In this document: one piece after another, positions 50,627 to 61,054 of the stretch | Position numbering within the stretch: position 1 is the first letter of the stretch | Layout: each line of letters starts with the position of its first letter | Assembly (NCBI GenBank): GCA_963833125.1 | Contig: CAWHWX010000004.1 | Location: 160,001 to 224,000, forward strand | Origin: Candidatus Bathyarchaeota archaeon | GTDB lineage: Archaea; Thermoproteota; Bathyarchaeia; 40CM-2-53-6 | DNA length: 64,000 bases | Reading direction: 5' to 3' | Translations under genes and position numbers: made by a program | The notes under the pieces: model-generated | What the model saw: the letters and a program-made list of their open reading frames with translations, nothing else | What the model was told of the DNA's origin: nothing | Databases searched by the model: none

Positions 50627-50938
50627 TTGAAATCGGAGCAGGATGTGGTTGAGAGTGTAGAGTATGAACCACTCAAGGAGATTGAGGCACCCAGCTACAA
50701 CGTGCGAGAAACTCCGAGGGTCAGGGTCTTCTTCGGCGAAAAACTTGAACTATTTCTTTTCATACCCGAAAAATCAGTTTCGAAGATTAAGGCGGACGCG
50801 AGTGTCCCTGAGGCGTTGAGGGCTTGGGTTGACAAGGCGCAGCTCGGTGGAATGAGCCGCTTGCTCAGGGTTCAACTGGGTTCAAGGAATGATGTGGAAG
50901 TCTTGATGCCCCTCATCAAATCCGTGATCCGGCAATAA
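50627..50938 (+). CDS. Hypothetical protein
   Basis: 103-aa ORF with normal globular composition. Confidence 0.6.
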   Translation: MKSEQDVVESVEYEPLKEIEAPSYNVRETPRVRVFFGEKLELFLFIPEKSVSKIKADASVPEALRAWVDKAQLGGMSRLLRVQLGSRNDVEVLMPLIKSVIRQ

Positions 50939-51325
50939 TCAGACTACCTCGTTGTATTTCTGGATCAGTTCTTGATCAACGACCCCTGAAACGACTCTCT
51001 CAGAACCATCGGGCAGGACTACACTCATCCCGGCGGCGTGGTAGGGTAGTTCGAACCTCTCGAGTTTTTCGAGAGCATCAGTTTCGTACACCTTCATCCA
51101 ATTCCCATCCGCCTGCCTGAAACAATAAGCCTTCGCTATTCTTCTCTCCCCTAACCCACCAATCCGTCCACCGGCCGCACCAGGTGCTGAACCAGGTAAT
51201 TCGAGTACGAAGACGCAGTTACGCCCGATGTTCGCTCTGAGGTCGATTGGCATTTCGGCAACGAACAGCCGTCGGCTCTTCTCCCGTGCGAGTTGGGCGA
51301 GTTCCTCTAAGGGGTTAACAGACAT
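50939..51325 (-). CDS. Hypothetical protein
   Basis: 128-aa ATG ORF. Confidence 0.65.
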   Translation of the reverse strand: MSVNPLEELAQLAREKSRRLFVAEMPIDLRANIGRNCVFVLELPGSAPGAAGGRIGGLGERRIAKAYCFRQADGNWMKVYETDALEKLERFELPYHAAGMSVVLPDGSERVVSGVVDQELIQKYNEVV

Positions 51326-51359
51326 AGCAGATCGATCCGTGAGCGGTTTCTTACTTTGC

Positions 51360-51740
51360 CTACTTGGTGAAGTCTCTCTTGTCGACGTTTACATTGAGGG
51401 CTTTGAGATAGGCTGGGGCTTGCTCTGAACCTGTAAGATTGAATTGGGCGTCGACTCGGAACTTGAAATGGGCATCCTTTGATGCTCCAGCAAATGTCAT
51501 TAGGATTTCGCCAGGTCTACCTTTGTCGCTCTTTTCATGCTTTACACTGATGTTTTTGTCCCTCCCCGCGAACCAAGCTTCAACCTCCTTCCGCATAGTA
51601 GGTTCAACAGATTCGAATGGGACACCTTTGTGCTCTTGTTCGAACTTGCTCGTGAGAGCTTTACGGCATTCCCTGCTCAGGTTCGTCATGTAAACGAAAG
51701 TCTTCTCGACGAGTTGTCGACCAGATGGTGAATCTGTCAA
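51360..51740 (-). CDS. Hypothetical protein
   Basis: 126-aa ORF. Confidence 0.65.
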   Translation of the reverse strand: MTDSPSGRQLVEKTFVYMTNLSRECRKALTSKFEQEHKGVPFESVEPTMRKEVEAWFAGRDKNISVKHEKSDKGRPGEILMTFAGASKDAHFKFRVDAQFNLTGSEQAPAYLKALNVNVDKRDFTK

Positions 51741-51861
51741 ATCCGTTCCCTATCAATTAACCAGGTGCGACCTTCTAAAGTATTGTTCGAAGAGAATGTG
51801 TGAGGCGCGGAGAGACGTAGTTGGTAGAAATTATCGAGATAGTTCGTTTCCGAGTGACATT

Positions 51862-52953
51862 TCAGGTCTGCTTTTGCGGCCGGTGGTAGTATACCAAACA
51901 GATTGCGGCACAAGCTATTAGCCCAAGGAACATGTCGAAAGCTGGTGCGGGAAACTCCGCGACAGAGAACCCTTGCGGGCTTAACGCAAGACCAATCCTT
52001 TGCCCTTCCAAGTTGCTGTACCCATCATAGAACATCATGAAATTGTTCCCGGCCTGAACTACGCTTGGTTGTTCCACTCCGGCGGAATCCCAACTACCGG
52101 GAGGCCCAGGAGTTAGAATAGGGTTGCTTGACGATCGTGTCCAGGTAGCGCCATCAGGAGCCGTTGCAAATCCGATACGTGGGACGACGGCGGTTTGGTT
52201 TATTCCGGAATACCAAAGGCCGAAAATTGTTCCGTTATAGAACACTGCTGGAGAGTAAACCCCATTTGCGTCCCATGCTTTGGGGTCGGATGCCGGTGCT
52301 AATACTGGGGACGGCCACTTCGTCCACTTGATCCCATCAGTCGATGTCGCGTAGAGGATTCTGTTAATGTTTGGCGTGGCAGCGCTTTTCCCGCTGTACC
52401 ACATGTTGTAAGTGAGGTTCAACCTGAGAACATAGGGCGCGGCAACGTACCTCTGATCGTTTCCCAACTCGGAGGGGACCAAGACTGGATTGCCCGCGTA
52501 TTTGACCCAATTGAGTCCGTCATTGGATACTGCGAACCCGACTGCCCCTCCCGGGTAAGTAGTAGCGTTGCTGCCGGTATACCACATCAGGTATGCGGTG
52601 CCATTCCAAGTTACGGATCCTAATGCGACGGAGGAACTATCCCACTCACCGGGTTGGCCAGGCGACAGAACTGCGCCGTGTTTTAACCAATTTATTCCAT
52701 TAGTTGAGGTAGCGTATCCGATTTTGCTGACACCGGAGAGACCGCCCTGGTACCACATCCTAAAGGTAGTGCCATCGTAAAGCACTCTTGGGGTAGTTAC
52801 GTAGTCTCCATCCCAACTACCCGCGGTAGGGAAGAATACAGGATTGCCGGCGTACTTTACCCACTGCCCAGACGTGGCGTATGCCGAAGGAAACAGGGAG
52901 AGAGCGGGGATGAGAATAATCAGGATAAGGATTGATGTTGTTCTGGAAGCCAA
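51862..52953 (-). CDS. Secreted five-bladed beta-propeller glycosidase-like protein with PEF-like C-terminal anchor
   Basis: Repeated WD...P.V...MWY.G...IGYATS.DG..W.K...NPVL blades; signal peptide; AEFP-TM-basic tail. Confidence 0.85.
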   Translation of the reverse strand: MASRTTSILILIILIPALSLFPSAYATSGQWVKYAGNPVFFPTAGSWDGDYVTTPRVLYDGTTFRMWYQGGLSGVSKIGYATSTNGINWLKHGAVLSPGQPGEWDSSSVALGSVTWNGTAYLMWYTGSNATTYPGGAVGFAVSNDGLNWVKYAGNPVLVPSELGNDQRYVAAPYVLRLNLTYNMWYSGKSAATPNINRILYATSTDGIKWTKWPSPVLAPASDPKAWDANGVYSPAVFYNGTIFGLWYSGINQTAVVPRIGFATAPDGATWTRSSSNPILTPGPPGSWDSAGVEQPSVVQAGNNFMMFYDGYSNLEGQRIGLALSPQGFSVAEFPAPAFDMFLGLIACAAICLVYYHRPQKQT

Positions 52954-52987
52954 GATCGAAACGTGCCCTGATCGAAGAAAACAGGGT

Positions 52988-53513
52988 TTAGAAAAGAAAA
53001 AGGTTTGGTTGTGCGCGTCTTTGTTCTAGGGTTGATACACGGGTTGAGCGAGGGCGTGTTGGCGTGCAATCGGGGATGCGGATACTGCTGTATGCCGTAG
53101 AGAGAAGCAGCACGATTCCTGCGACCAGTATCAGAATTGCACTTAAGGCGGTAAGCAGAGTAGCCGTACCGGACGCTAGACCACTCGTACCGGACCCGCT
53201 CGCACTCCCAGCAAAGCCAAAACTGAAGATCAATAGTAGGGCGCCGAAGACCAATCCTCTTACGCCTGCCTCGGAGAGCATACGTTTGCTTGCTAGCGAG
53301 AAACAGTGGATAGCTCCCAAGGAGCAGATTAGGCTTACACCCAAGACTACAATCGAAGTGATTGTCAAGCTGGTCAGGGTAGTACTGATGAGGGCTGCTG
53401 ATGTTGATGGGTAAGGCTAGAATTGTCATTGCGAGGCTAACTACGCCGCCTACGACAAACAGTATGGCTGCTAGGTCAACAAAGCCGTGCTTCAGTGGTG
53501 AAGCTCCATTCAT
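52988..53513 (-). CDS. Membrane protein; frameshift near 53390
   Basis: Hydrophobic helices split across ORFs 52920-53546 and 52988-53368. Confidence 0.6.
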
Positions 53514-53578
53514 TTTTCCATGACCTCCATATGAATGTACAACCAATGCAGGTTAAGACTAGGTGGACCGGGTAGAAA

Positions 53579-54392
53579 TCAGAGGGGCCCGGTAGAAAAC
53601 TCGACGAAGTCTTCGTTATTCGGCCTAGGTTTCTTGGTAGCCATGTTCTCTTGGAAATCGTAATCCGAATCTATTAGCTTCGTCAGTAGGTTTTCAAGTT
53701 CAAAGAATTCAATTCTATATTTGCATTGCAGTTTGGGCATGATTCTTCGGTGCTTGACTCCTATTGAAACTTCAGCAAGTTGAAATGCGGGGTCATCTGC
53801 TTCCGAGTCACCCAGAGTACATTACTGCGCCGGTGACTCCTAGCTCTCGTTTCAGTTTGTTGAACGCCTCCCCCTTATCGACCTTCGTGGGAAAGACGTT
53901 TGCGAAGGGGCTTGCGTCGGCTTCGACGACATACAAACCTTGTTCTTTACAGTAGGTTAGCAGAGGAGCAGCCATCCGCTTGGCCTCGTCCCAGTTACGC
54001 GACATCCTCCAATCGATGCAGAACGCGATCAGGTTCTCGTCGTCGGATTCCTTTCTCTCAATAACCAGATTGTCCTTAGCTTGTAGAATTTTCTTGAGAA
54101 CCTCTTGGTATGTCTTCTCAAAGGGTTCATTCCGCTGCCGGACCCTTTCATCGAGAAATGTTTTCTCGCCCACTTGCATCTCCAAACCGCAACTTGCAGA
54201 GATACCGTGTGCGAATGGAACCCTTTCTCGAATGAAAGCGAGATCTTTGGTGGTAACGATTCCAAATGTGACATGTTTGCTTACCTTGGTAAGCATTCGA
54301 CGTAGCATCGGAGAGAGGACTGCATCTTCACGTCGAGCCTCTAATGGGGACAGCGTCCCATCGTAATCCGAGAAAAGCGCAGCTATCTTCAC
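53579..54392 (-). CDS. HAD-IIB phosphatase (trehalose-6-phosphate-phosphatase-like); frameshift near 53815
   Basis: FSDYDGTL, KVDKG, then GDSEADDPAF in the next frame to TGA 53579. Confidence 0.85.
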
Positions 54393-54582
54393 TTTAACTC
54401 CTCCATTTACTCGGTGTCGACAGACTTGCTGTTATAACAATGGTGCTAATTTGCCTTGTTGGAAACAGTCTACCCGACCCCGCCACCAAAAAGCCCCATA
54501 TCGGTCTTCGTGGAAAACGGCGTAGACTTTAGCAATACCCCAATACTATCTATCGCTAATCACGGTTGAGGCGACTTCCTGT

Positions 54583-56400
54583 ATGAAGAAGCGTATCGGT
54601 GTAATAATGTACCAGACGAGTAGGACAAAGGGGCAGGAACTCGTCGCCCAACGAATGGTCAGATACTTCAGAGACCTCGGAAACGAGTCATACCTGATCA
54701 CCAGCGTATACCACGACGGGAAGGAAACCGTTAGCGAACAACAGATGGGAGAAAAAGGCTACTTTCTAGTTAATGACCTTGAACTCAACATCCCAGTTAT
54801 CCGCATCGCCAGCCTAGTAACAAAATGGCCGCCCCGCCGAGTCGGGTTCAAAGACATAGTCCACACCTTAGAGAGAATAGTCAACGACTTTCAACTCAAC
54901 GTATTGATCACACATAGCACACTTTGGAATGGCCCAGAGGAAGTAGCCAAATTCGTCGAGTGGAGGCGCAACATCAAGGCCTTGGGCGGATACCAAGCCC
55001 CACTCATATTTTGTCACATGTCCCATTTCCAAGAACCTTCTCCCAGACGATATTCTATCGCCGAACGCTCTTTCAGAATGGCCTGGAACCGTCTCTCTCT
55101 AAGAACAATACTCCGGGTAGCCAACCTCATCCTAGTGGTGACGCCGTACGAGGAACAAGCCAAGGTAAAAATGGGCGCACCCAAGAATAGAATTTTGTTG
55201 TTTCCTGGCGGGATCGATGACGTATCCTTCAGTCAATTTTCGTCATCAGACCCACAGGAGTTCCTCAAACAACTAGGGATCCCAATAGACTCTAAGATTG
55301 TTGCTTTCCTGGGAACGATCGAGAATAGAAAGAATCCGGCCGCGATTGCTGCAGTCGCGGAGAGGTTGACTAACAGAAACGATATTCAGTTCGTCATTTG
55401 TGGCAGGGGCGATTCAGAATATGCGGATACGGTGAGGAAGAAGACTGAGGGACTGACTAACGTCAAGTATACCGGCGAGCTTAGCGAGAAAGCAAAGGTG
55501 CAATTAATCAAAAACTCCTACCTGAATATCATACTCAGCAGAATGGAAGCACTGGGCCTAACCCAGCTTGAGTTTATGTTTGAAGGAGTCCCAGTGATTA
55601 CTTCAGGTGTCGGGGGACAATCTTGGATTGTTAGAGACGGAGAGGAAGGTATCCAAGTCAAAGGGCCCGACGATATCGACGGTGCGGTTAACGCCGTCAT
55701 CCAGCTCGTCGACGACAAGTCAAAGTGGCAAAAACTCTCGTCCAACGCAAAGGAGAGAGCAAGCAAATACACACTGACGAATCTCATGCAGCAACTTGAC
55801 TCCGCAATTACGAAGGAAATCGAGAATGAGTGCGGATTATCGACGCTACCCTCGGAAGTTAGGTCCACCATTTCTGAACCCGAGTATGTGGTTCGCACAT
55901 GGTCGCATGGGACTCTCAAGGTCGCGGCAACCAAGAGGAGGATGTTTATTCAGCGAGGCCGCTTCTCGAGGAGCACCCTGGAATTACCCTACTCCAGTAT
56001 TCATTCGATAGAACACGTCAGGCAGTATCGCTGGAAGGCGCTTATCACAGGCGGAATCCTTTCCACGCTATTGTTGATTCAACACTACGTTTCTCCCATC
56101 ATATCCCGCACACTAACTTCAAGAATTGTACTTCTTGCCTCGAGCTTAGTTCCGAACGCTGGAACGAGAATGGAAGCAGCCATCGGCAATCTATGGGTGG
56201 TCCCTATCTCTATTGCAGCGGTCCTGTTTTTGATTGGAGCTCGCAAAGGCTACGCTTTGCACGGTGCAACTCTAGAGCCAATCTACCTACCAGCCTCATT
56301 CAGCGAAGCGATTCAATATGTCCGGGAGCAGCAGAGTCGACCATGGGACAATCGCGGAAACCCGCCGAACTACCCAGAAGAATCTGAGGAGCAGAGATGA
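54583..56400 (+). CDS. GT4 glycosyltransferase with C-terminal membrane-associated extension
   Basis: FLGTIENRKN, EALGLTQLEFM..GVPVITS; C-terminal TM helices. Confidence 0.88.
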   Translation: MKKRIGVIMYQTSRTKGQELVAQRMVRYFRDLGNESYLITSVYHDGKETVSEQQMGEKGYFLVNDLELNIPVIRIASLVTKWPPRRVGFKDIVHTLERIVNDFQLNVLITHSTLWNGPEEVAKFVEWRRNIKALGGYQAPLIFCHMSHFQEPSPRRYSIAERSFRMAWNRLSLRTILRVANLILVVTPYEEQAKVKMGAPKNRILLFPGGIDDVSFSQFSSSDPQEFLKQLGIPIDSKIVAFLGTIENRKNPAAIAAVAERLTNRNDIQFVICGRGDSEYADTVRKKTEGLTNVKYTGELSEKAKVQLIKNSYLNIILSRMEALGLTQLEFMFEGVPVITSGVGGQSWIVRDGEEGIQVKGPDDIDGAVNAVIQLVDDKSKWQKLSSNAKERASKYTLTNLMQQLDSAITKEIENECGLSTLPSEVRSTISEPEYVVRTWSHGTLKVAATKRRMFIQRGRFSRSTLELPYSSIHSIEHVRQYRWKALITGGILSTLLLIQHYVSPIISRTLTSRIVLLASSLVPNAGTRMEAAIGNLWVVPISIAAVLFLIGARKGYALHGATLEPIYLPASFSEAIQYVREQQSRPWDNRGNPPNYPEESEEQR

Positions 56401-56457
56401 CCAGGGCGAAACAAACGTAGGAAATTTGGCAGGAAATCCTAGCAGACCCTAGCGAAC

Positions 56458-56559
56458 CTAGTATTCTACATCAAACTCCTGCCATGTCATGTAGGGGTAC
56501 ATACCGTACCAAGGGTTGTATGCGTAAGCATAGGCAGGAAGCAAGATTCTTTGTTTCAA
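56458..56559 (-). CDS. 33-aa Tyr-rich peptide
   Basis: GGAGGTGA RBS, then TTG: MKQRILLPAYAYAYNPWYGMYPYMTWQEFDVEY. Confidence 0.55.
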   Translation of the reverse strand: MKQRILLPAYAYAYNPWYGMYPYMTWQEFDVEY

Positions 56560-56683
56560 CTATCAATTCACCTCCCCATACAACCATTACATCGCACGAC
56601 TAGCTACCGCTTACGGACGGTTAGGGTTGAGTGGAAGATTCTACCCCGCTGTTCTGCGTTCTACCATGTGTACGGGGACGGGA

Positions 56684-57070
56684 CTACGCACCCCACTGCA
56701 TCAGGACTAGCTCCTTTATTTCTGAAAATATTAGAGCCATGACAATACCTACCAACACCGGACCAAACCAAAGACGCCAGTACAAGGCAATGAATGTGAT
56801 CGGCATCAGAAGCATTCCGAAGACGAAGTGATGGATGTGGCTTGTAGGGGCGGTTTCCTTTCCTCCGAACATTTTCGCGTTCAATTTTTGAACCTTATTC
56901 GTGGCCGCAGTCGTGGGCGGCAGCCGTGTAATCTTGAATTTTCGGTCTTTGAAATCGATGAAGATCCTTAGTCTCACAGAGTCTGCTAACAGTCTGATTA
57001 GAATGTAAGCTACCCATCCCGTCATGAGGAAGAGTTCCAAGTCTGTAAACGTAGGAATTTGCATCGACAA
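56684..57070 (-). CDS. Membrane protein with HIHHF motif
   Basis: 128 aa, three hydrophobic helices. Confidence 0.65.
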   Translation of the reverse strand: MSMQIPTFTDLELFLMTGWVAYILIRLLADSVRLRIFIDFKDRKFKITRLPPTTAATNKVQKLNAKMFGGKETAPTSHIHHFVFGMLLMPITFIALYWRLWFGPVLVGIVMALIFSEIKELVLMQWGA

Positions 57071-57283
57071 GCACCTGCCCCTTACGTCAGCAACTATCTC
57101 CTTACTAAAAGTTGCAGTATCGCGACCGCCAAGAAGGCGGTTCCTGCGTAGCGCAAGATTCCCGTATGAAGTGGATTACGGCGGATAGAACGAGAATGAT
57201 GGAATCAGTAATTCGAGCAACTCAACTCACAAGTCACAAACATTTCATGGAAAAAAGGAGAGGGAGGTTTTTGGTGTTTTCCC

Positions 57284-58184
57284 TCACTTGGTCTTTGCCT
57301 GTTGAGTCTGAGTATTTGATGGCGGGGTTTGTGATTTGCTCTTTCCTCTGTAGTGTACTGCGAAAGCGCCGAAGATTATGGCGAGTATTCCAAGGCCGCC
57401 TGCAGCTGCTTCTAGCGTTGTATTCGTGTTTTGGTTTGTGCTGAGTTGCTGGTTCAGGTTGGCGATTGTTGCGTTCCTTTGTGCGATTGTGTTTTGGGCG
57501 TTCTGGAGCTGTTGTTGAAGTTGTTGGTTCTGTGCTTGGGTTTGGTTCAATTGCTGTTCGGCTGTTTGGTACTGTGATTGAAGGGCTACGTATTCAGGGG
57601 TTTGGGCTTTGATGTATGATAGCGGGTGCTACTCCGCTGTCTGTCGCGGTGGAGTAGGAGTTTGATGGGTAGGCGTAGTAGCTGGACGAGTATGGGTAGT
57701 AATTGTAACCGTAACCGCAGTATACGTCGTAATAGCAGTAGGCGCTAGAGGAATTGTAGTTGGCCGGGTAATAGTAGTAGTTCGCGTAGGCTGTCTGGAC
57801 ATTCTCAGTTATGGATGCGAAAAGTGAGGTTCTCGGAGCATTTTGTGGGACCGTGAACGTAATCTGCTTGTTGAGAGCACTCCCACTGTTCACGTATCCG
57901 TTATTGTTTAACGTCGCCGATGTCAGCTGATGAAGGGTGTTGCCATCTACGTAGAAAATCTGCGCCGTTAAACTGGCGCTACTGAAACTGTTTTTCGCAT
58001 TGGCTTGCATGTTGACCGTCACAACGTCACCTGGATTAACCTGCGAAGGGAAGGTCATTTGAACGGTGAAATAACTCAAATTCACTGTATAGCTAGTTTG
58101 AGCTGCTTGGGCATGCGCAACAACTACAACTGATAGAGCCACCATCAGAATCGGAAAAGCAAGTATTAGCCGCGATGATTTCAT
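57284..58184 (-). CDS. Secreted, membrane-anchored protein: beta domain, Tyr-rich segment, Gln coiled coil, TM; frameshift near 57620
   Basis: Signal peptide; YANYYYYP...YCYYDVYCGYGYNYYPY; continues into ORF 57284-57550. Confidence 0.8.
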
Positions 58185-58245
58185 TCTCTTACTTCTCCTG
58201 ATTGTCTAGTTTGTTACCTCCAGTAACAGTAGGATATAAATATTG

Positions 58246-58253
58246 TTACGTAA
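58246..58253. repeat. Left 8-bp target-site duplication TTACGTAA
   Basis: Identical copy at 61321-61328, each abutting the GG/CC ends of the TIRs. Confidence 0.8.
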
Positions 58254-58314
58254 GGTAACGTTACGTTGTCGGTTGATGAACGAAATTCTTGTGGGTGTTA
58301 CCGTTCGGTTGATG
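58254..58314 (+). repeat. Left TIR, bipartite
   Basis: GGTAACGTTACGTTGTCGGTTGAT (22/24 match to right end) plus inner TGTTACCGTTCGGTTGATG (19/19). Confidence 0.9.
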
Positions 58315-58324
58315 TGGTGTGGTA

Positions 58325-58842
58325 TTAGGGTAGGAAATATTGGACTTGAAACGTAATCGGGTAAAAGTATGAGGCACCGAAATCCTTGGTACAGGGAACG
58401 GTGTGACCTATGACCCAACCTACAGCCCCCGCAAAGCTACTGCTCGGAAAAGCCGTGACATCAATCAGCCGATAGATGTTGCCATCAGACGCATGCAAGA
58501 GTACGCAGCCTCCACTCGTCTGTTCATAAGGCTGAGCCCCAAAATCTAACGTGCCTGAGATGCACCTCTCCCCAGTTGACACTGTTACATTAGCGCATGA
58601 AGGCGCTAGAGTCTGGATCCAGATTCAGACGGAAGCAGATAACAGTTTTCTCCGTAGCTCGCTGTCTGCATGGTTTGGGTTACTGTAACAAAACCCGTAA
58701 CATAGTTTTGTCGAGTTTGCGTCTGGGTCGAAAAAATAGACTGAGTAACAAAGACTGGATGAGTTGAAGAATATCCGGCGTATCCGAGACTGGCTAATGC
58801 AACCACAAGAAGAGTTATCGTAACGAGAATGCTGGACTTCAA
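58325..58842 (-). CDS. Cargo: signal-anchored Thr-rich/Cys protein; frameshift near 58610
   Basis: N-terminal hydrophobic helix and T-rich linker (58606-58842), then GTL...GCVLL...YRL domain (58325-58582). Confidence 0.65.
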
Positions 58843-58871
58843 GGTACGCTAAGAGTTAACCTTGTTTCTTC

Positions 58872-60021
58872 TTAAGATTTCTTGATATCCTGTTTCGCAT
58901 TCTGAATTATGGTAAGCCATTTGTCTTTGCCCTTGACTTCTATTCCTGCTCTCTCAGCAGGGGTTTGACCTTTCAACGCCATGTGTGGGCGTATGTAGTT
59001 GTGGTAAATCCGCATACCTATCAAGATTGGTGTGTCGGGTGTTTCTAGGGTTCGCATAACCTTCTCTCTATCGCGAATTTCTCCGTTGAAGCGTTCCATT
59101 TTGTTGTTGTGAACTTGACCGTTCATGCGGATTTCTCTGATGTGTTCGGTTCCGTTGCCGTCGTGTCCAGAACTCTTTCGTGTACGCTTCGTGAAAGTTC
59201 GGTGCACCATCGGTTATTAGGGTCTTAGGCTGTTTGTCTGCAATCGCTTTTCCTAACTTGAATAGTGGGCGTAGGTCGGCAGTGAATTTAGTGTCAGCTA
59301 CTTCCTGAGCTATCCAGAATCTTGTTTGGTCGTCCATGAGAGCGTAGAGGTACTTGAGGTTACCTTTCACTTTCAGAAACACTTCATCCGCACGCCAAGT
59401 GTCACTAACATTCGGTGTGATCTTGTCGAGATACTTCTCCATAAGTGCGGAGTATTTCTTTATCCACATGAACACGGTCTTGTAGCTAACTTGAACTCCA
59501 AGCAGCTGCAACGATCTAGCAGTATTCCGTAGGCTCTCACCTGAGAAGTAGAGTTGCATAGCCGTCGTAATTCCCTGTGGACTATGCTTCATACGCTCGA
59601 ATCCAATGTTCACGCTGAAAGTCCGGTTACAATCAGCGCATAGGAATCGCTGTATGTCACCGTATTTGTTGTGTCTGATTCCGAACCTTTTCAATTCCTT
59701 ATCGGAGTGACAGTAGATACAAGCAGTGATCTCGACAGGTTGAATGACTACGTTTTCTCTTACCTTTTCTCGTAACTGTTCTCGTATCTGGCAAGCTATG
59801 ATATGCTTGCACCGATGGACTTGATGTTGCTCTAAGACTCGGTAGTGGAAGTCTAAGCAGTTACACAGCCAATAGCCGCTTTCTCTCTTGACCACATCAT
59901 AACAACCATCCCTACTTTGTGAAGCAACTTTGTAGTGTTGCTCATCCATCTGTTGAATTTGGCTCGGATTCTCAGCGATCAATCGCCCCTTTTCTTCACG
60001 GGAGAGAACGGCTTGCATCAC
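58872..60021 (-). CDS. tnp: IS6/IS240-family DDE transposase with N-terminal SWIM and zinc ribbon; frameshift near 59160
   Basis: CNC...CKH (SWIM); CIYC...QRFLCADCNRTF; WRADEVF, ITDGAP, NNKMERFN, YHNYIRPH. Confidence 0.9.
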
Positions 60022-60032
60022 TCTTTTCCTCT

Positions 60033-60084
60033 GTTACGATATAGTAACGCAACATAAATATAAGGCTTGTTACCATATGGTAAT
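60033..60084. promoter_or_regulatory. Divergent promoter: two GTTAC-N6-GTAAY palindromes flanking a TATA
   Basis: GTTACGATATAGTAAC 60033, ATAAATATAAG, TTACCATATGGTAA 60070 (perfect palindrome). Confidence 0.6.
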
Positions 60085-60094
60085 ATGAAGCATC

Positions 60095-60283
60095 TTGGTA
60101 CGAAAAGAGATTCTCGGAACCAGCGAAAGGAAAACTCTGGAAGCGTACTTGAAAGGGGAACGATTGAAGGGCTACAATGTCCTACTATGGCGCATCCGTC
60201 AATTAGGTCTTAAAGCAATCATTGAGGGTTGCGAGAAAGACCTAACTCTACTCAAGAAGCTCCTGCATAATGGTAAGTCGTGA
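60095..60283 (+). CDS. Small basic helical protein divergent from the transposase
   Basis: 62-aa ORF; regulator role is inferred from its position only. Confidence 0.6.
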   Translation: MVRKEILGTSERKTLEAYLKGERLKGYNVLLWRIRQLGLKAIIEGCEKDLTLLKKLLHNGKS

Positions 60284-60292
60284 AATCTCACT

Positions 60293-61054
60293 ATGGATAG
60301 CGTGACCCAGAAGAACAACAATCAACAAGTCAAGGGCAGTCGTCTTGTTCTCGCAATCGACCTTGCGATTCTTGGCATCTTCTTATTTTCGCTTCTCGCA
60401 GCAGGATACAGCTATACCGCATCCAGCACTTATGTTCAAAGTCTGGCTCAAGGTGAGGCTAATGCCGCGAACATTCCAACTTGGGTTATTGCTTACAATT
60501 TCACGACCCAAGATGTGTTCAGTGCATTGAACCCGATAACTGTGGACGTAATTGTACATGTTTATCCCACTTATTTCAAATCCTACCCAAATGAAACATT
60601 TGCAAACTTCCCTCGTATTGTGTACGTCTACTTTCCAGCAGCCATACCAATTACTGTAACTTACCCTCTAACCGGCCCTGTAACCGTCACTCAAGCACGA
60701 TATTCTCAGTACGGCGAAATTCTTGGGGCTCCAATGGAGTTAGTGAAAAGACCCGACAACACTTGGAGAAACAGCACAAAAATAATGTACGCTCAAGAAG
60801 GCCAAACTTGTGCATTCCTAAACGTGGAGCAATTGTACTCTGTTAGTTGCGTAGGTTCTGCCCCTCTTTTGACAATTTCCAGCGTTGCCGCACTCTACCA
60901 ATTTCAAGCGAACAGGCTAACACTCAGTTTGACATGGTTAGTTTTCGCATTCACTGTGATTCTCTGCCGCGACTTCTACCCTGAGTTCGCACGGAACTTT
61001 CAGCGGGTCTTGCGAGATCGGCGCGAAAAGACACTACAAGTACTCCCAACATGA
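60293..61054 (+). CDS. Cargo: two-TM membrane protein with extracellular domain
   Basis: 253 aa, N- and C-terminal TM helices, several NxT/S sequons. Confidence 0.75.
   Translation: MDSVTQKNNNQQVKGSRLVLAIDLAILGIFLFSLLAAGYSYTASSTYVQSLAQGEANAANIPTWVIAYNFTTQDVFSALNPITVDVIVHVYPTYFKSYPNETFANFPRIVYVYFPAAIPITVTYPLTGPVTVTQARYSQYGEILGAPMELVKRPDNTWRNSTKIMYAQEGQTCAFLNVEQLYSVSCVGSAPLLTISSVAALYQFQANRLTLSLTWLVFAFTVILCRDFYPEFARNFQRVLRDRREKTLQVLPT

Noticed and set aside
10390-60021. About 15 split genes (mntR, mntH, ICMT, GH-like, ABC ATPase, DUF4013, methyltransferase, ZIP, GGPP synthase, HAD, tnp and others) as programmed frameshifts or pseudogenes
   Set aside because: The indels hit unrelated and even essential genes, with no shared slippery motif or other decay. 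Long-read consensus error is the simplest explanation; read polishing would decide.
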